Below, piece by piece: positions 9,625-20,040 of a stretch of 52,630 nucleotides of DNA. A model generated the notes under the pieces. That model made no database searches. It saw only the letters and a program-made list of their open reading frames with translations, and was not told where the DNA came from. Location of the stretch: IMG/VR virus record IMGVR_UViG_3300025093_000028, positions 1 through 52,630 of that record. One strand, 5' to 3'. The position numbers and the translations under genes are program-made. The stretch is from a virus (taxonomy: Duplodnaviria > Caudoviricetes). Within the stretch, counting starts at the first letter, position 1. Every line of letters begins with the position of its first letter.

Positions 9625-11178
9625 TTAGAATTGTGGGATTTCTTCAATCAACACAGTTCTAGATAGATCCTCAATAAATACGTCACATCTATCTTTCATC
9701 CAGATTTCGTATCCTGGGAATTTGTTAGCAGAGCTCATACCTTGAGACTTAGCAAAGCCTAAGTGGTGACGAGTTCCATCAATATAACCCCAAGTCATAG
9801 AAGGAGCACCCTTCATACGTACCTCACGGATGTTGTTTACCATTGATCCATCTGATTGAGGAGATACATCAAATACCATGAATACAGGAGTAGACTTCTT
9901 GTTTTGTCCAAATTCTAAGTTAGTTTGTGGTAAATCTAACTCTTTCAAGTGAACAAGTTCTACACGTCCAGTCTCACGAGTAACCATTGCATCGAAAGCA
10001 AAGTTATAAGTGATAGACTGTCCTTCTCCTTGTAAGTATCTGTTTCCAGAATCAGCCATGAAAGTAAGACCTGAGTTAAGTGCATCATCTTTAAGAGCTT
10101 GTTGGAATACATCGAATCCAGCCTCATTAGTGTACATTTTAACTCTACGATCTTTAACGTCCACTCGTCTGTAGAATAAGTCTCCAAATACTGAACGAAT
10201 CAAGTTTGCAGAGAACTCACCTCTATTGTATTGTACTAAGTTTCCGTTATTTCTCATTCTGTGGTATACACCAGCAGAAGTTCTTTTTAATTCTTGTTTA
10301 GAACCGTTAGTCTTAACTGTTCCAGGCTTAGCCCAGATCATTCTCTTAACTTTCAATTCTAACATAGACTTACGCATCCAGAACTCAACGAAAGGCTCCC
10401 ATTTAACATCGTTTCTTGTTAAAGGAAGTTGATTACGTCTTTGTGGAGCATATACTAAGATGTCTAGTGGCTTACCAGAAGCATCACGCATCATCTTGTC
10501 ATCAGCCCACTCAGTGATTTTGTGCTCATATCCATATGCAGAACCTAAAGATTCGAACATAGTGATTTGCTCACCTAATCGTGGAAGACCTAATAAGTCT
10601 TGGTCAAATTCACCAATTGCAGCATCAACTAGTTCTAACTCGATACCTTGAGCTAAGAACTGAGAACTTACAAAGTCTACAGTTGGATTGTCACTTACTA
10701 ATGTAAAAGTGTACAAGAATCCAGCATTCCAAGGCTGAGGATCTTTGATTACATAGAAACGTGGTCCATACTGACGAGTACCTACAGAAACGATAGCGTT
10801 CTTAGAGAACTCATTAGTATCAAGCACTAATGTAAATTCTTGTCCATCAATACCTGGCTTAGGATTAGCAGCTGTTGAATCAGGGACATCAATGATTTTT
10901 GGGAATTTGTAAGGTACAGCGATTTGCCATTTCCAAGCATCACTATTCGTATCAATGTAATACGGAGTGCTCTTGTTAATCATATCAAGGAAATCATTGC
11001 TGTACAATGAAGATTGAGTATACAGACTGATAATCTTTTTATCATAGTCCGCAGGCTCAGTAGAGTGGAAAGACTCTAAGTGATTTGCGTCTGTTAGCTT
11101 TCCTACAGCACGCTTATCCATAGAAGCTACTCGTGCATAAGTAAAACCAGTTAGACCTGGGATAGTTTGAATTGCCAT
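9625..11178 (-). CDS. Major capsid protein (crAss-like, HK97 fold)
   Basis: 517 aa; portal-scaffold-MCP order; size and sequence character match the crAss-like MCP family as recalled; terminal EIWMKDRCDVFIEDLSRTVLIEE segment. Confidence 0.85.
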   Translation of the reverse strand: MAIQTIPGLTGFTYARVASMDKRAVGKLTDANHLESFHSTEPADYDKKIISLYTQSSLYSNDFLDMINKSTPYYIDTNSDAWKWQIAVPYKFPKIIDVPDSTAANPKPGIDGQEFTLVLDTNEFSKNAIVSVGTRQYGPRFYVIKDPQPWNAGFLYTFTLVSDNPTVDFVSSQFLAQGIELELVDAAIGEFDQDLLGLPRLGEQITMFESLGSAYGYEHKITEWADDKMMRDASGKPLDILVYAPQRRNQLPLTRNDVKWEPFVEFWMRKSMLELKVKRMIWAKPGTVKTNGSKQELKRTSAGVYHRMRNNGNLVQYNRGEFSANLIRSVFGDLFYRRVDVKDRRVKMYTNEAGFDVFQQALKDDALNSGLTFMADSGNRYLQGEGQSITYNFAFDAMVTRETGRVELVHLKELDLPQTNLEFGQNKKSTPVFMVFDVSPQSDGSMVNNIREVRMKGAPSMTWGYIDGTRHHLGFAKSQGMSSANKFPGYEIWMKDRCDVFIEDLSRTVLIEEIPQF

Positions 11179-11208
11179 TTGTTATTCGTTTTAAATTAAA
11201 TTATTAAA

Positions 11209-12495
11209 TTATAAAAACCATGAATTAGGTTTGGTCTTTTTACTTGAAGACTTAGAAGCTGTCTTGCTTCTAGTCACTTGTCTAGCTACTTCCCCAAAGA
11301 GTTGGTTAGACTTTTTAGTCACACCTGTTCTTTGTATAGTAGATAGAGTAGGATCTTTTTCTAATATCTTCAGTAAAAGCCCCACCTTTACTTTCATTTC
11401 ATGGTTCTCAGGTCTTTTCAAATCTAAGATAGCACGATCAAAGTCAGTGAGATTTTCTCCAGCAGGAGTTTTCCACTTGTCTACTAATAGGAAGTCTTGT
11501 AGTTCGTTTGCTAAGTTAGAATTGATTGGTATACCATCAAACTCTTTTTCTTTTAGCTTGTCAGTTAAAATAGTCTGAACGTTGTTTATATATTGGTTCT
11601 TGATAGCAACCTTTTGTTGTTGCAACTCTTCAGCTTCTTTATCTAATTGTTGAAGCTTTTTAGCTTCTTTCTTTACTAGCACCTTGTGATGTCTAGTAGC
11701 TACGGATTCTAAATCACCGTAATTTTGTAATCTTTCGATCTCTTTATCTATGTCTTCTGATTCAAATCCTTGATCAACGAGTGCTTGTTTCATCACTGCC
11801 ACTTGATTCTTTTCATTAGATAAGTCCATTTCTGAGAAACTTACAATCTGGTTGTATGTTCCAAAGTATTCTTTTGGGTCAACTCCTTTTACAAAAATAG
11901 ATTCAAATGCTTGTTGGTAATCTTCACCAAACTGCCCAATGAAGTTTTGAACTAATTCAGATGCACCTTTTTTCTTTTCAGCGTTAAATCTTTCTAGAAA
12001 CTCTTCAGGTGTATTGATCGATACTTCTTCATCTTCACTATCCTTTGTAAAGACTCCTAAGTTAAACAAGTCATTAGCTAAAGCAGTGAATTGAGTTCCA
12101 TCTACTTGCTGTTCTTGTTCTTCTTCTTCAGACTCTTCAACTTTTTCTTCTTCAACTGGCTCTTCTTTTGCAACAGTTGGTTCTTCTTTTTCTTCTTCTT
12201 CTTCTTCCTCTGCATCACTTAAGAAGTCAGCTATCAAAGATTCTCCTGATTGCTTTTCTTCATCAGTTTTACCATCAACACTTTTTGGTGGAGTGATATC
12301 TTTACCTTTTGGTACACCATCATTAGCCTCTGGCTTAGGTGCATCAACTTCATTTACTATAGGTTCAACATCATCAGGGTTTCCTGAAGCAGTTTCTGGA
12401 GCAAGTAAATCATTCAGTAATTGAGTGTCCCCTGCACCAGTCTCAACAGTATCTTGAATACCGAAGTTACCGATTTTATCTAAATTATCAGACAT
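11209..12495 (-). CDS. Putative capsid scaffolding protein
   Basis: 428 aa, very acidic N-terminal half with poly-Glu, coiled-coil C-terminal half; lies between portal and MCP. Confidence 0.65.
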   Translation of the reverse strand: MSDNLDKIGNFGIQDTVETGAGDTQLLNDLLAPETASGNPDDVEPIVNEVDAPKPEANDGVPKGKDITPPKSVDGKTDEEKQSGESLIADFLSDAEEEEEEEKEEPTVAKEEPVEEEKVEESEEEEQEQQVDGTQFTALANDLFNLGVFTKDSEDEEVSINTPEEFLERFNAEKKKGASELVQNFIGQFGEDYQQAFESIFVKGVDPKEYFGTYNQIVSFSEMDLSNEKNQVAVMKQALVDQGFESEDIDKEIERLQNYGDLESVATRHHKVLVKKEAKKLQQLDKEAEELQQQKVAIKNQYINNVQTILTDKLKEKEFDGIPINSNLANELQDFLLVDKWKTPAGENLTDFDRAILDLKRPENHEMKVKVGLLLKILEKDPTLSTIQRTGVTKKSNQLFGEVARQVTRSKTASKSSSKKTKPNSWFL

Positions 12496-12637
12496 ATGTA
12501 GTTAAATTTTGTTACGAAATTGGTTTATTATGTAAAACTATGCTAAGACTATCTAATTTCAAAGCATATTTGCCTAATAAAGGCAACTATTTTTGATAAT
12601 ATAGCATTAACATTTTTTACTCTGCTAATTTAATTGA

Positions 12638-15223
12638 TTAGCTTTTCTTATTTCTTCCTTTTGCATTCTCTTTTGCAACAGCAAGATCATTTGCTTGATT
12701 GTCACGAGCTAGTTTAATTTTCTCTCTTTCAATCTGTAGCTTTTGTTGAGCTATACTATTTTTAGAATTGATGTCAGCCATTTTGCTGTCATAATCCTTT
12801 TGAGCTTTTGTTTGTTGTGAAGCCAGCTTCTCAATCTCAAGTGCATCTGGTGTACCAGACATATCAAGATCAACTGTTGCACCACCTTCTCTAGACATTG
12901 CTCCTATCATAGCTATCTCCTTCTTATTTACACGATCTAGTTCGTTCTGGTAGTTTTCATTAGCTTGCTTCTCTTGAGCCATTCTAGCAGCTTCCTGCAT
13001 TTGAGCTTGTGCAATCTGACCAGCTTGTTCTTGTTGCTGTTGTTGTAATTGCAACTGCTGTTGTTGCTGCTCCATTTGTCTATCTCTAAGATCTTTGAAG
13101 GTTTTCTTCATTTCTCTCATAGACTTGGTGCTATATAGCTCAATTACATCATAAAGTGTGCCACCGTTCTGGATAATAGCCTGAGAAAGTTGTCTAAGCT
13201 CATTAAACATCTGAGTGTCTTCAGGTCTGTTGGTCAAGAACACTTTTAAATCACGAAGTTTTAAGTCTGATCCATTCACTTGAACGAATGCAGACTCACC
13301 TTCGTTTGTTATATATGACAGGGTAGATTGTGGTTTACTACTTTCAATATACAGAGCTGCATCAACAATAGCTTGGTATAATTGACCCATTACATACTCA
13401 TGAGCAATAAATAGAGGCTCTGTCTGAGAGTAACTTTGTGATAATGCTGTTTGTGTACCTGTGGCTGTTTCTGATGCAGCTATGGAGCCCATACGCTGTT
13501 TAGACATACCAATAAGTTCCCAACATTCTATCTTCATTTGTTGTGCTAGTGTATAACGAGCCTGTATCTCTTGTGTTCTTGTAAGATCCAGAGATGTAAA
13601 CTGGTTGAATGAGCTTGGGCTCTTCAAGTTCTCTGGACTATCATCAACAAACACAACACCACGCTCACGAGCTTCCATCTCCCACATGTCTAATGCATCT
13701 TGTGCATCACCATCTTTTGGAATAGGAATATGTCGTAGTGACATGAGTTGCACCTTACCAACTTCTTTCTCCAGAAGCTTGTATAGCTGGTTCATACACA
13801 CGTTATAAATCACCTGGAAGGGTTTCATTAGATCAACCAGAGATCGTGCCTCTGTGTTCTTAACTTCGTACGTAGTACCTATGATTGGACAGTAGTTTAG
13901 AAGTTTATATGGCTTAACGTGGTAGATATCTGGACCAATCTTAGTTCCTTGATACCATTGGTTAATCCATCCCCACTCTAGTGATATTTCTGTAGGCATG
14001 TCACCTGACTTGTATGATTCATCAACAAGTGTTGACTGTTCGTTACCTAACTCATCTGTGTATATAAGCTTACCAATCTTTTTCTTAGAGATCCAGTAGC
14101 TTCTTATAACAACATACTTGTATCCAAATGAAGACACGTTAGATGTAAGACCTAAGAAGTCTTTTAGTCCATCATTGTTCTCCTTCATTTCGCTTTCTAT
14201 AAGCATACGTGTTTGTAACACTAGTGGATCATACGTATCATACATTATTGAATCTTCACCAGGTATAGCATCTGGATTACCAAGGTTGGATTCTCTAACA
14301 TTAATAAGTCCATAGTCTTGCAGAGAGCTTCTTAGATGATCGATCTCTTCTTTTGTGAGGTCTGGGAAGGTTTCAATGATTTGAGACAATTCCATCACCT
14401 CTACTGTACCAGCAGCGTATGCTCCTTGAGCTCTACCTGTTGGATCTGATATATATTTTCTATCTGGTGTTGTAAGGAACCACGTGTTCTTTGGATTAGC
14501 CACCTCTATGTTGAATCCAAGTTTAGAATTGTCTTCATAGATGTGATAGAACTCTCTTGCAGAAATAAGTAAGTCTCTAAATGCATCCTCACTCTTTTCT
14601 TTTAGGTTGAAGTCTGCTTTCTGTGCTGTAAGTGTATGGTTTGCCCACTTTTCAGCCACTGATGTATAACTATCAAGCTGATCCTTCACTTGCTCCATTG
14701 TAATAGCTTCAATGTCTTCCATAGACACTTCTTGTCCAGAAATAGCAGCTTTTGCCATAACTTGCTGCTTAACTTGATTTATTACGTAAGCTTTTAGTGT
14801 ATCTGTTTTAAATTGCAGCTCTTGAGCTTGACTATCATCATCAAATGCCTTCACTCTAAAGCTATCAGGACGTTTTGATATCTCACCAACTAATTCGTTT
14901 ACAGGAGTGGTGATAATTGAGTAGTGCTTTACATAAGCAGGAAGTTCTAAGTCTTCTTGGAGCATGTCTGTAAAACTCTTCACCTCAGGTTCGTCAATTA
15001 AGAAGTCTTCTCTTCTCAATATTCCTTTCATGAGGTCATAGTTTTTTACAAACGTATCTCTGTTCTTAACATATTCAGCATATGCTTTATTTGCAAAATA
15101 GTCCATGGTATTCTTTATCCAGCTATCATCTTTCTTTTGCTTCTCAGTTTTAAACTGATCAGGAAAGATGTTTAGGTAAGCATACCTAATGTTGTCCTCT
15201 TTTGTATATCTAATAATTGCCAT
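12638..15223 (-). CDS. Portal protein
   Basis: 861 aa, overlaps the terminase stop codon; long Q-rich C-terminal coiled-coil barrel typical of P22/crAss-like portals. Confidence 0.85.
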   Translation of the reverse strand: MAIIRYTKEDNIRYAYLNIFPDQFKTEKQKKDDSWIKNTMDYFANKAYAEYVKNRDTFVKNYDLMKGILRREDFLIDEPEVKSFTDMLQEDLELPAYVKHYSIITTPVNELVGEISKRPDSFRVKAFDDDSQAQELQFKTDTLKAYVINQVKQQVMAKAAISGQEVSMEDIEAITMEQVKDQLDSYTSVAEKWANHTLTAQKADFNLKEKSEDAFRDLLISAREFYHIYEDNSKLGFNIEVANPKNTWFLTTPDRKYISDPTGRAQGAYAAGTVEVMELSQIIETFPDLTKEEIDHLRSSLQDYGLINVRESNLGNPDAIPGEDSIMYDTYDPLVLQTRMLIESEMKENNDGLKDFLGLTSNVSSFGYKYVVIRSYWISKKKIGKLIYTDELGNEQSTLVDESYKSGDMPTEISLEWGWINQWYQGTKIGPDIYHVKPYKLLNYCPIIGTTYEVKNTEARSLVDLMKPFQVIYNVCMNQLYKLLEKEVGKVQLMSLRHIPIPKDGDAQDALDMWEMEARERGVVFVDDSPENLKSPSSFNQFTSLDLTRTQEIQARYTLAQQMKIECWELIGMSKQRMGSIAASETATGTQTALSQSYSQTEPLFIAHEYVMGQLYQAIVDAALYIESSKPQSTLSYITNEGESAFVQVNGSDLKLRDLKVFLTNRPEDTQMFNELRQLSQAIIQNGGTLYDVIELYSTKSMREMKKTFKDLRDRQMEQQQQQLQLQQQQQEQAGQIAQAQMQEAARMAQEKQANENYQNELDRVNKKEIAMIGAMSREGGATVDLDMSGTPDALEIEKLASQQTKAQKDYDSKMADINSKNSIAQQKLQIEREKIKLARDNQANDLAVAKENAKGRNKKS

Positions 15224-17244
15224 TATGAAAAAAGTTTATTTTTCTTTCTATCAAACAGTCCTCTTGACTGTGTAAATAGCTTGTTCTTTTTGTTTCTATT
15301 ATGCATAGATGCCAATCTGACATCTTGCTTCTCTCCCACTCTACCAATGATGGGATCTAGTTTCATAGCTAGAGCTATTGCTAACTCTGCTGCAATGATG
15401 CGGTCAAAGTTACCTGACTCATTGTACTGTATCATCTCTTCAAGAAGTACAGGATCTAATATCTTTGCCATTCCTTTGGTTTGAGAAACTATCTCACCTT
15501 CTTCGTTGGTTTCAGAATGGACTATCTCTTCACTATACTTCTTCAAGCATCCATGTAGAAAGTCTCTAATCTTTTCTGATGATCTATGTATACCATAATC
15601 ACGTCTCACCGTGGTGTTTGGTACTATTTCTTTCAGCCAGTTAGGTTGTCTTTCTAAATATTGTGCATCTCCCTTACTAATCATATGATCTATAAAGGAT
15701 ATTTCATCATTTTCACATAATGCTCTAGCATTATAGTACTTTATCAAATATCGAGCCTGTTCTTCCCAGGTTTCTTTCTTATCTGGACGTGCACAATAGC
15801 TTGCAACAAACATATCTTGGTATTTTTCACCAGATATAGCGTGCATACGCTTATATATGTATACAGAACCCAATGATGAACTATATGCTGATTTACCCTG
15901 TCTATATGGGTCAATACCAGCCACATATAGGCCATATGGTGGATTATCTACAGGAAACTCGTATATAACCACAGGAGCATCTTTTAAATCAGTGTGCTTC
16001 AGTGGAAAGTTAGTTATAGGCACCTTATCAGTGAAGTCATGTTTAACACCATCACCATCATCATACAATATTACAGGCGTACCTGTTCTTTCTCCTTCTA
16101 AGAGTCTATACTTCTGACGCTTTGCTGCTTCTATGTCAAAGATGTTTGTATCTTCATTCAAGAATATATCATCCACTTCTTGTGGGTAGTACATCTTCTC
16201 TTTCAGGTATGCAAGTCTATCACCTGCCTTCTTTAGACGCTCTAAGTTAGTATTGGTTACTTCTGTAGCCTTTTCTTCGTTAGAGACCATCATGGGCACT
16301 TCATGTAGTAGAGAATCTGCAGGTTTGTCTAAGAATGCACCCAATGTAGAGTCTTCCTTAGCTTCCATCCTGTATTTATGAGAAATAAACAATCCATGTA
16401 CACGCTTCTCATCTTTTTCGTTATTATACGTAAGAAAGTTAAAATTATCTACGTCAAACATCAAAGTTTTGGCATCCATGAATTTTTTCATGTCTCCACC
16501 TGTTCCTGTAAGAATAGGACTACATCCCCACCCAAATGGTGTTGTAAATCCAGGAACAGCAGCTTGGAAACCTCTTAAAAAGCTTCCTTTACCTATCTCA
16601 TCAATGATCAGTCTACGAGGTTTTGTACCTGCAATAGCTTCTTCATTGTTACCTTCATCTAAGTTACGGATGAGGATCTGTGAGAATGGTATACGTTCAC
16701 CACCTCTAGTCTTTATTCCGAGTGTCACCTGGTTCTTCCAGTTGTCTTCCACTCTTTGCCATCTCCACGCTTGTGGTAAGAAGTTTAGTCCTTTGTCTAT
16801 CTTGTCTGTAATCAGCTTGATATCAGGAGCATTCAGACCAGCAATAATATTTTGTGAGTTCTCATCAAAAGTTGCACCGTGTGCTATGTAACTTGCTTCT
16901 ATTACAGACTTAGCAAAACGTCTAATTCCTAGTATTACAAGTCCTTTCTTTTCTTTGTGAGCTCTATCTATCTCATTTGTAACTAACCATTCGTTATCTC
17001 TGAGCAGTGGGTTAGCATATTTCTGGTTAATTCTACCATATTCATCAATAATGTCCACTTCTGTATGCCATACATTTAAATGCCAATATAAGAAGGGATT
17101 TATATAAACACCGTCCATCATACAACCATTCATACACAATTCCTTGTGAAATGCGTAAAAGGGCTTGTACTCCTCAGACTCTTTGTCTGGAATACGCCCT
17201 TGATTGATGAACCAATCTTTATAGTCTACGTTATGTAGTTTCAT
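15223..17244 (-). CDS. terL: Terminase large subunit
   Basis: RRFAKS Walker A variant, LIIDEIG Walker B, ILTGTGG coupling motif, VAGIDPY RNase H-like nuclease motif, NFDR. Confidence 0.92.
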   Translation of the reverse strand: MKLHNVDYKDWFINQGRIPDKESEEYKPFYAFHKELCMNGCMMDGVYINPFLYWHLNVWHTEVDIIDEYGRINQKYANPLLRDNEWLVTNEIDRAHKEKKGLVILGIRRFAKSVIEASYIAHGATFDENSQNIIAGLNAPDIKLITDKIDKGLNFLPQAWRWQRVEDNWKNQVTLGIKTRGGERIPFSQILIRNLDEGNNEEAIAGTKPRRLIIDEIGKGSFLRGFQAAVPGFTTPFGWGCSPILTGTGGDMKKFMDAKTLMFDVDNFNFLTYNNEKDEKRVHGLFISHKYRMEAKEDSTLGAFLDKPADSLLHEVPMMVSNEEKATEVTNTNLERLKKAGDRLAYLKEKMYYPQEVDDIFLNEDTNIFDIEAAKRQKYRLLEGERTGTPVILYDDGDGVKHDFTDKVPITNFPLKHTDLKDAPVVIYEFPVDNPPYGLYVAGIDPYRQGKSAYSSSLGSVYIYKRMHAISGEKYQDMFVASYCARPDKKETWEEQARYLIKYYNARALCENDEISFIDHMISKGDAQYLERQPNWLKEIVPNTTVRRDYGIHRSSEKIRDFLHGCLKKYSEEIVHSETNEEGEIVSQTKGMAKILDPVLLEEMIQYNESGNFDRIIAAELAIALAMKLDPIIGRVGEKQDVRLASMHNRNKKNKLFTQSRGLFDRKKNKLFS

Positions 17245-17246
17245 AT

Positions 17247-17633
17247 TTACTTTCTATTCTTATAGAAGTCTTCTGCCATAGATCCTAACTGTGCACCGCC
17301 TCTGGTTTCAACCTTCTTCTTCTCTTCCTTCTCACGAAGTTTATCTACTTGCTCTAATAAAGCTAGATAATTCTTCATAGTGTCTTGCACAAACTTACCC
17401 TGGCTCTCAATAGATGCAACCACCATAGGGATTACACCACCTGCCTTAGTTTCTTTGTACTTAACTCTATCTTCTAGTTCATGAAGAGGGTTAGCATCAA
17501 CATATTCTTTCCAAGAACTTAGTTGTTGCTCTGCCCAGTCAAGTTCAGCATTAATGTATGTAGTTTTCTTTGCCATTTGTTTTGTCTTCATTCCATCCAT
17601 CTTCCCAATATATGAAGATGTAGTTGTTATCAA
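17247..17633 (-). CDS. Helical protein upstream of TerL, possible terminase small subunit (start may be 17576)
   Basis: Position directly 5' of terL; helical; C-terminal ETRGG; no diagnostic motif. Confidence 0.4.
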   Translation of the reverse strand: MITTTSSYIGKMDGMKTKQMAKKTTYINAELDWAEQQLSSWKEYVDANPLHELEDRVKYKETKAGGVIPMVVASIESQGKFVQDTMKNYLALLEQVDKLREKEEKKKVETRGGAQLGSMAEDFYKNRK

Positions 17634-17911
17634 TAGGTGTCATCATCATTTAGCTCGTGTACATTACTAATTCTCATACCATCTCTTAGAATCTTTTCTA
17701 TTTCAGACTCATCGTGAGGGACATCAAGGTCTAGACTAATTTGATACTTCTGTAATGCATGATATACATTCTTATCAGTCAAGCCCCATAAATACTTAGT
17801 TTCTATACCATCCAGGGATGTAGCTAAGTGTTTTCCTAAGTTTAGAGAGGGGTGATCTCTTTTGAGTTCCCCTAGTAATTGAATTATTTTGTGATAGTAC
17901 GTTGCGCTCAT
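17630..17911 (-). CDS. Hypothetical protein
   Basis: 93 aa, tightly packed in the late operon. Confidence 0.6.
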   Translation of the reverse strand: MSATYYHKIIQLLGELKRDHPSLNLGKHLATSLDGIETKYLWGLTDKNVYHALQKYQISLDLDVPHDESEIEKILRDGMRISNVHELNDDDTY

Positions 17912-17912
17912 T

Positions 17913-18188
17913 TTAAATCAGATCATCTATGTCATCTTCTGATATAGGGTTTATATCATCAGCTGGTGGTTTAACTTCTGTGACTAAATATTCTGGATCT
18001 GTTTCGCTTTGTTCTTCTTCTGTGTTGTAATACTCAGGTCTAACTGTAACTTTCAAGATGTCATTCTCTTTACCCTCAACAGGTTCACCGTGTATGTCAA
18101 TAAAGTCAGCACCTTCTTCGTACAAGTGTGTTAAAACTTGTATAAGGTTTGCTACAGGTATCTTATTTAGAGTTATTGGCTTGCTCAT
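17913..18188 (-). CDS. Hypothetical acidic protein
   Basis: 91 aa, tightly packed; acidic C-terminus. Confidence 0.6.
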   Translation of the reverse strand: MSKPITLNKIPVANLIQVLTHLYEEGADFIDIHGEPVEGKENDILKVTVRPEYYNTEEEQSETDPEYLVTEVKPPADDINPISEDDIDDLI

Positions 18189-18465
18189 ATTCTTTGTATT
18201 TCATTTCTTCTTCATCTGATAGCACAGCTACCCATTTCTTAATTGGACAAGAGCAAGAAAGACATTTAGTTTTTGCAGATAATGTACATCCACAACTAAC
18301 ACAATGTGCATCTGGTCTAACGCTGCTGTGATTCTTTGAGTGATTCTCACATGCTTCACATATAGCTAAACGTTCTGCACTCACCTGTGCAATCTGTTCT
18401 TTCATAGCTTCAGGAGGAAACAAATTGTTTCTCCATCCTTCGTATATCTCTTTTACCTTTATCAT
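18163..18465 (-). CDS. Cys-rich Zn-binding protein
   Basis: RLAICEAC...CVSCGC.L.AKT...SCPIKKW motif, a common phage Zn-binding family. Confidence 0.7.
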   Translation of the reverse strand: MIKVKEIYEGWRNNLFPPEAMKEQIAQVSAERLAICEACENHSKNHSSVRPDAHCVSCGCTLSAKTKCLSCSCPIKKWVAVLSDEEEMKYKEYEQANNSK

Positions 18466-18818
18466 TCCTTTTCTATTTTTGGTTTTAACGATGATATGGT
18501 TAGGTTAATCTCACTAAGCTTACTTTTTATAAAGTTTGACCTCTTTAGAGGCATTGATCCATCGTCTTCTTTTAACATCTTCTCATAACTGCTTTTGACA
18601 TCTTTTATCTTCTGCAGTTTCTTTTGAGCTTTTTTCTTATTAAACAAGAACTTCCCAAAACCAGAGAGCTCTACAGTGTTGTTGTTCTTCAAAGCATCAT
18701 GTGCACTATCAAACTGGTGTGTTATCACTTGATCTATCACCCTGTGTGACACTACTAGCTTCGTTGACATCTTCCTTGTTATCCACTCTCTGAGTGTCAT
18801 GTCCTTTGGCTTTTTCAT
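18462..18818 (-). CDS. IHF/HU-like DNA-binding protein
   Basis: DALKNNNTVELSGFGKF matches the HU/IHF signature (V.L.GFG.F); IHF-like genes are conserved near crAss-like structural modules. Confidence 0.75.
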   Translation of the reverse strand: MKKPKDMTLREWITRKMSTKLVVSHRVIDQVITHQFDSAHDALKNNNTVELSGFGKFLFNKKKAQKKLQKIKDVKSSYEKMLKEDDGSMPLKRSNFIKSKLSEINLTISSLKPKIEKE

Positions 18819-19167
18819 TGTGCGCTATTCCTATTACTAAGTTTAAATTTTTTTTGAAGTCAAGCACAATAACTGGATTAACCTTCACCTTACCTGACTC
18901 TTTCACAAATATCCCCACCTTCTTCAGCTTAGATACAATATTATTAATCGTAGCAGGGGTGGTGTTATACCTTTCACAAAACTGTGACCGTACATTAGCA
19001 TAAGAGATTGTGCCCTTCACTGCTGTATATGCTACAAGCTCTATCTCACGTTTTGTAAGACGAAGGTTGTTAATAGCAGACAGTATAGAATAATACTGCT
19101 GTGCTATAGCATATTCATCATCTAAGCTCTTCTTTAGCTTTTGAATGACCATCTTTCTTTCTTCCAT
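18709..19167 (-). CDS. Winged-HTH (RepL-like) DNA-binding protein
   Basis: LTKREIELVAY...TTPATINNIVSKLKKVGIF...VKVNP wHTH pattern; first gene of the - strand module. Confidence 0.6.
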   Translation of the reverse strand: MEERKMVIQKLKKSLDDEYAIAQQYYSILSAINNLRLTKREIELVAYTAVKGTISYANVRSQFCERYNTTPATINNIVSKLKKVGIFVKESGKVKVNPVIVLDFKKNLNLVIGIAHNEKAKGHDTQRVDNKEDVNEASSVTQGDRSSDNTPV

Positions 19168-19191
19168 GATTTAGTTATGTTGTGTTTTGTA

Positions 19192-19199
19192 CAAATATA
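19192..19199 (-). promoter_or_regulatory. Bacteroidota-type -7 promoter box
   Basis: TATATTTG on the - strand (TAnnTTTG consensus), 24 nt upstream of the ATG at 19167. Confidence 0.6.
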
Positions 19200-19303
19200 C
19201 AATAAATATTTATATATCATACATTTATTCATTTTTCAATGCTATATTATGTAATATCTAATATCTTTTTACCCCTTCATGGTGTAGTGTATAAGAATAC
19301 ATA

Positions 19304-20040
19304 AGCCCACCCACCCACCAAAGGTATAACATTTTTTTGATACGTTACAAATTTTCTGAAAACTTTTTTTTCTAAAAGGGCCCACCCCATCGTGTGCATA
19401 AGAGAAGAGACCCCTCCCCACAGAGACCCCACGCATGAAAAGCAGGTTGGGGATAGTCCCCCCTGTTTAATAAGTCTAACATTAAAAACAGAAAGAAAAT
19501 GGCTTTAGAATTTAAATTGTACGAACGTACCGAAAGAACTGAATTAGGAACAGTAGCTGAACTAACAGGTGTTGGTGGCAAAATTGGTTTATTACCATCT
19601 AACTTTAACAATCACGACAAGCGTGTTGTTATTATTATGAAGAAAACTGATGGCACAAGTGCCCAAGTGGTTTGTTCTTCTAACGTAAGTAATGGCTTGC
19701 GTGCTAAGGAAATTACCCTCAGCCAAGTGCAAGGCTTTCCAATCGTTGAGCAAATTACGCCTGATGGAGAAATCATCAACATTGTAACAATGCCAAGTGG
19801 TGGTGCTCTTGTTGAGTTCGATGTTACTAACAAGGTTGCTGAGTACCAAGCACCAACCTTTGACCCAAGTGAATTGGTGGCTTTCTAAGCCATCATTTCC
19901 CTTTGGGGATATATATAGGGTGGGAGAAAAGACAAGGGTGGGCTATTAAAACACAAAATGTGGTTTGTTTGTATGTGTTTTATGTGTATGGAAGAGTGGG
20001 TGTGTGAACACCATCCACTTTTTACCACCTTTTACCACCT
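19304..20040. repeat. CCCAC/GGGTG-rich repeats in the divergence region
   Basis: (CCCA)3CC at 19306-19319; GCCCACCCC 19380-19388; GGGTGGG 19918-19924; GGGTGGGCT 19936-19944 is the inverse of AGCCCACCC 19304-19312; TTTACCACCT x2 at 20021-20040. Confidence 0.7.
19499..19888 (+). CDS. Hypothetical protein, isolated first gene of the + strand
   Basis: 129 aa, A-rich leader, flanked by non-coding repeat-rich DNA. Confidence 0.75.
   Translation: MALEFKLYERTERTELGTVAELTGVGGKIGLLPSNFNNHDKRVVIIMKKTDGTSAQVVCSSNVSNGLRAKEITLSQVQGFPIVEQITPDGEIINIVTMPSGGALVEFDVTNKVAEYQAPTFDPSELVAF

Noticed and set aside
16469-16891. 140-aa + strand ORF and other short ORFs opposite terL, portal and MCP
   Set aside because: Antisense shadows of long conserved genes, with no motifs or leaders.
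18779-18787. Near-DnaA box TTATCCACT
   Set aside because: A single mismatched copy inside coding sequence, expected by chance.
18709-18818. 110-nt overlap of the wHTH and IHF-like genes as a possible programmed frameshift
   Set aside because: The overlapping tail is low-complexity run-on, the IHF-like gene has its own ATG, and no convincing slippery site with a stimulatory structure was seen.
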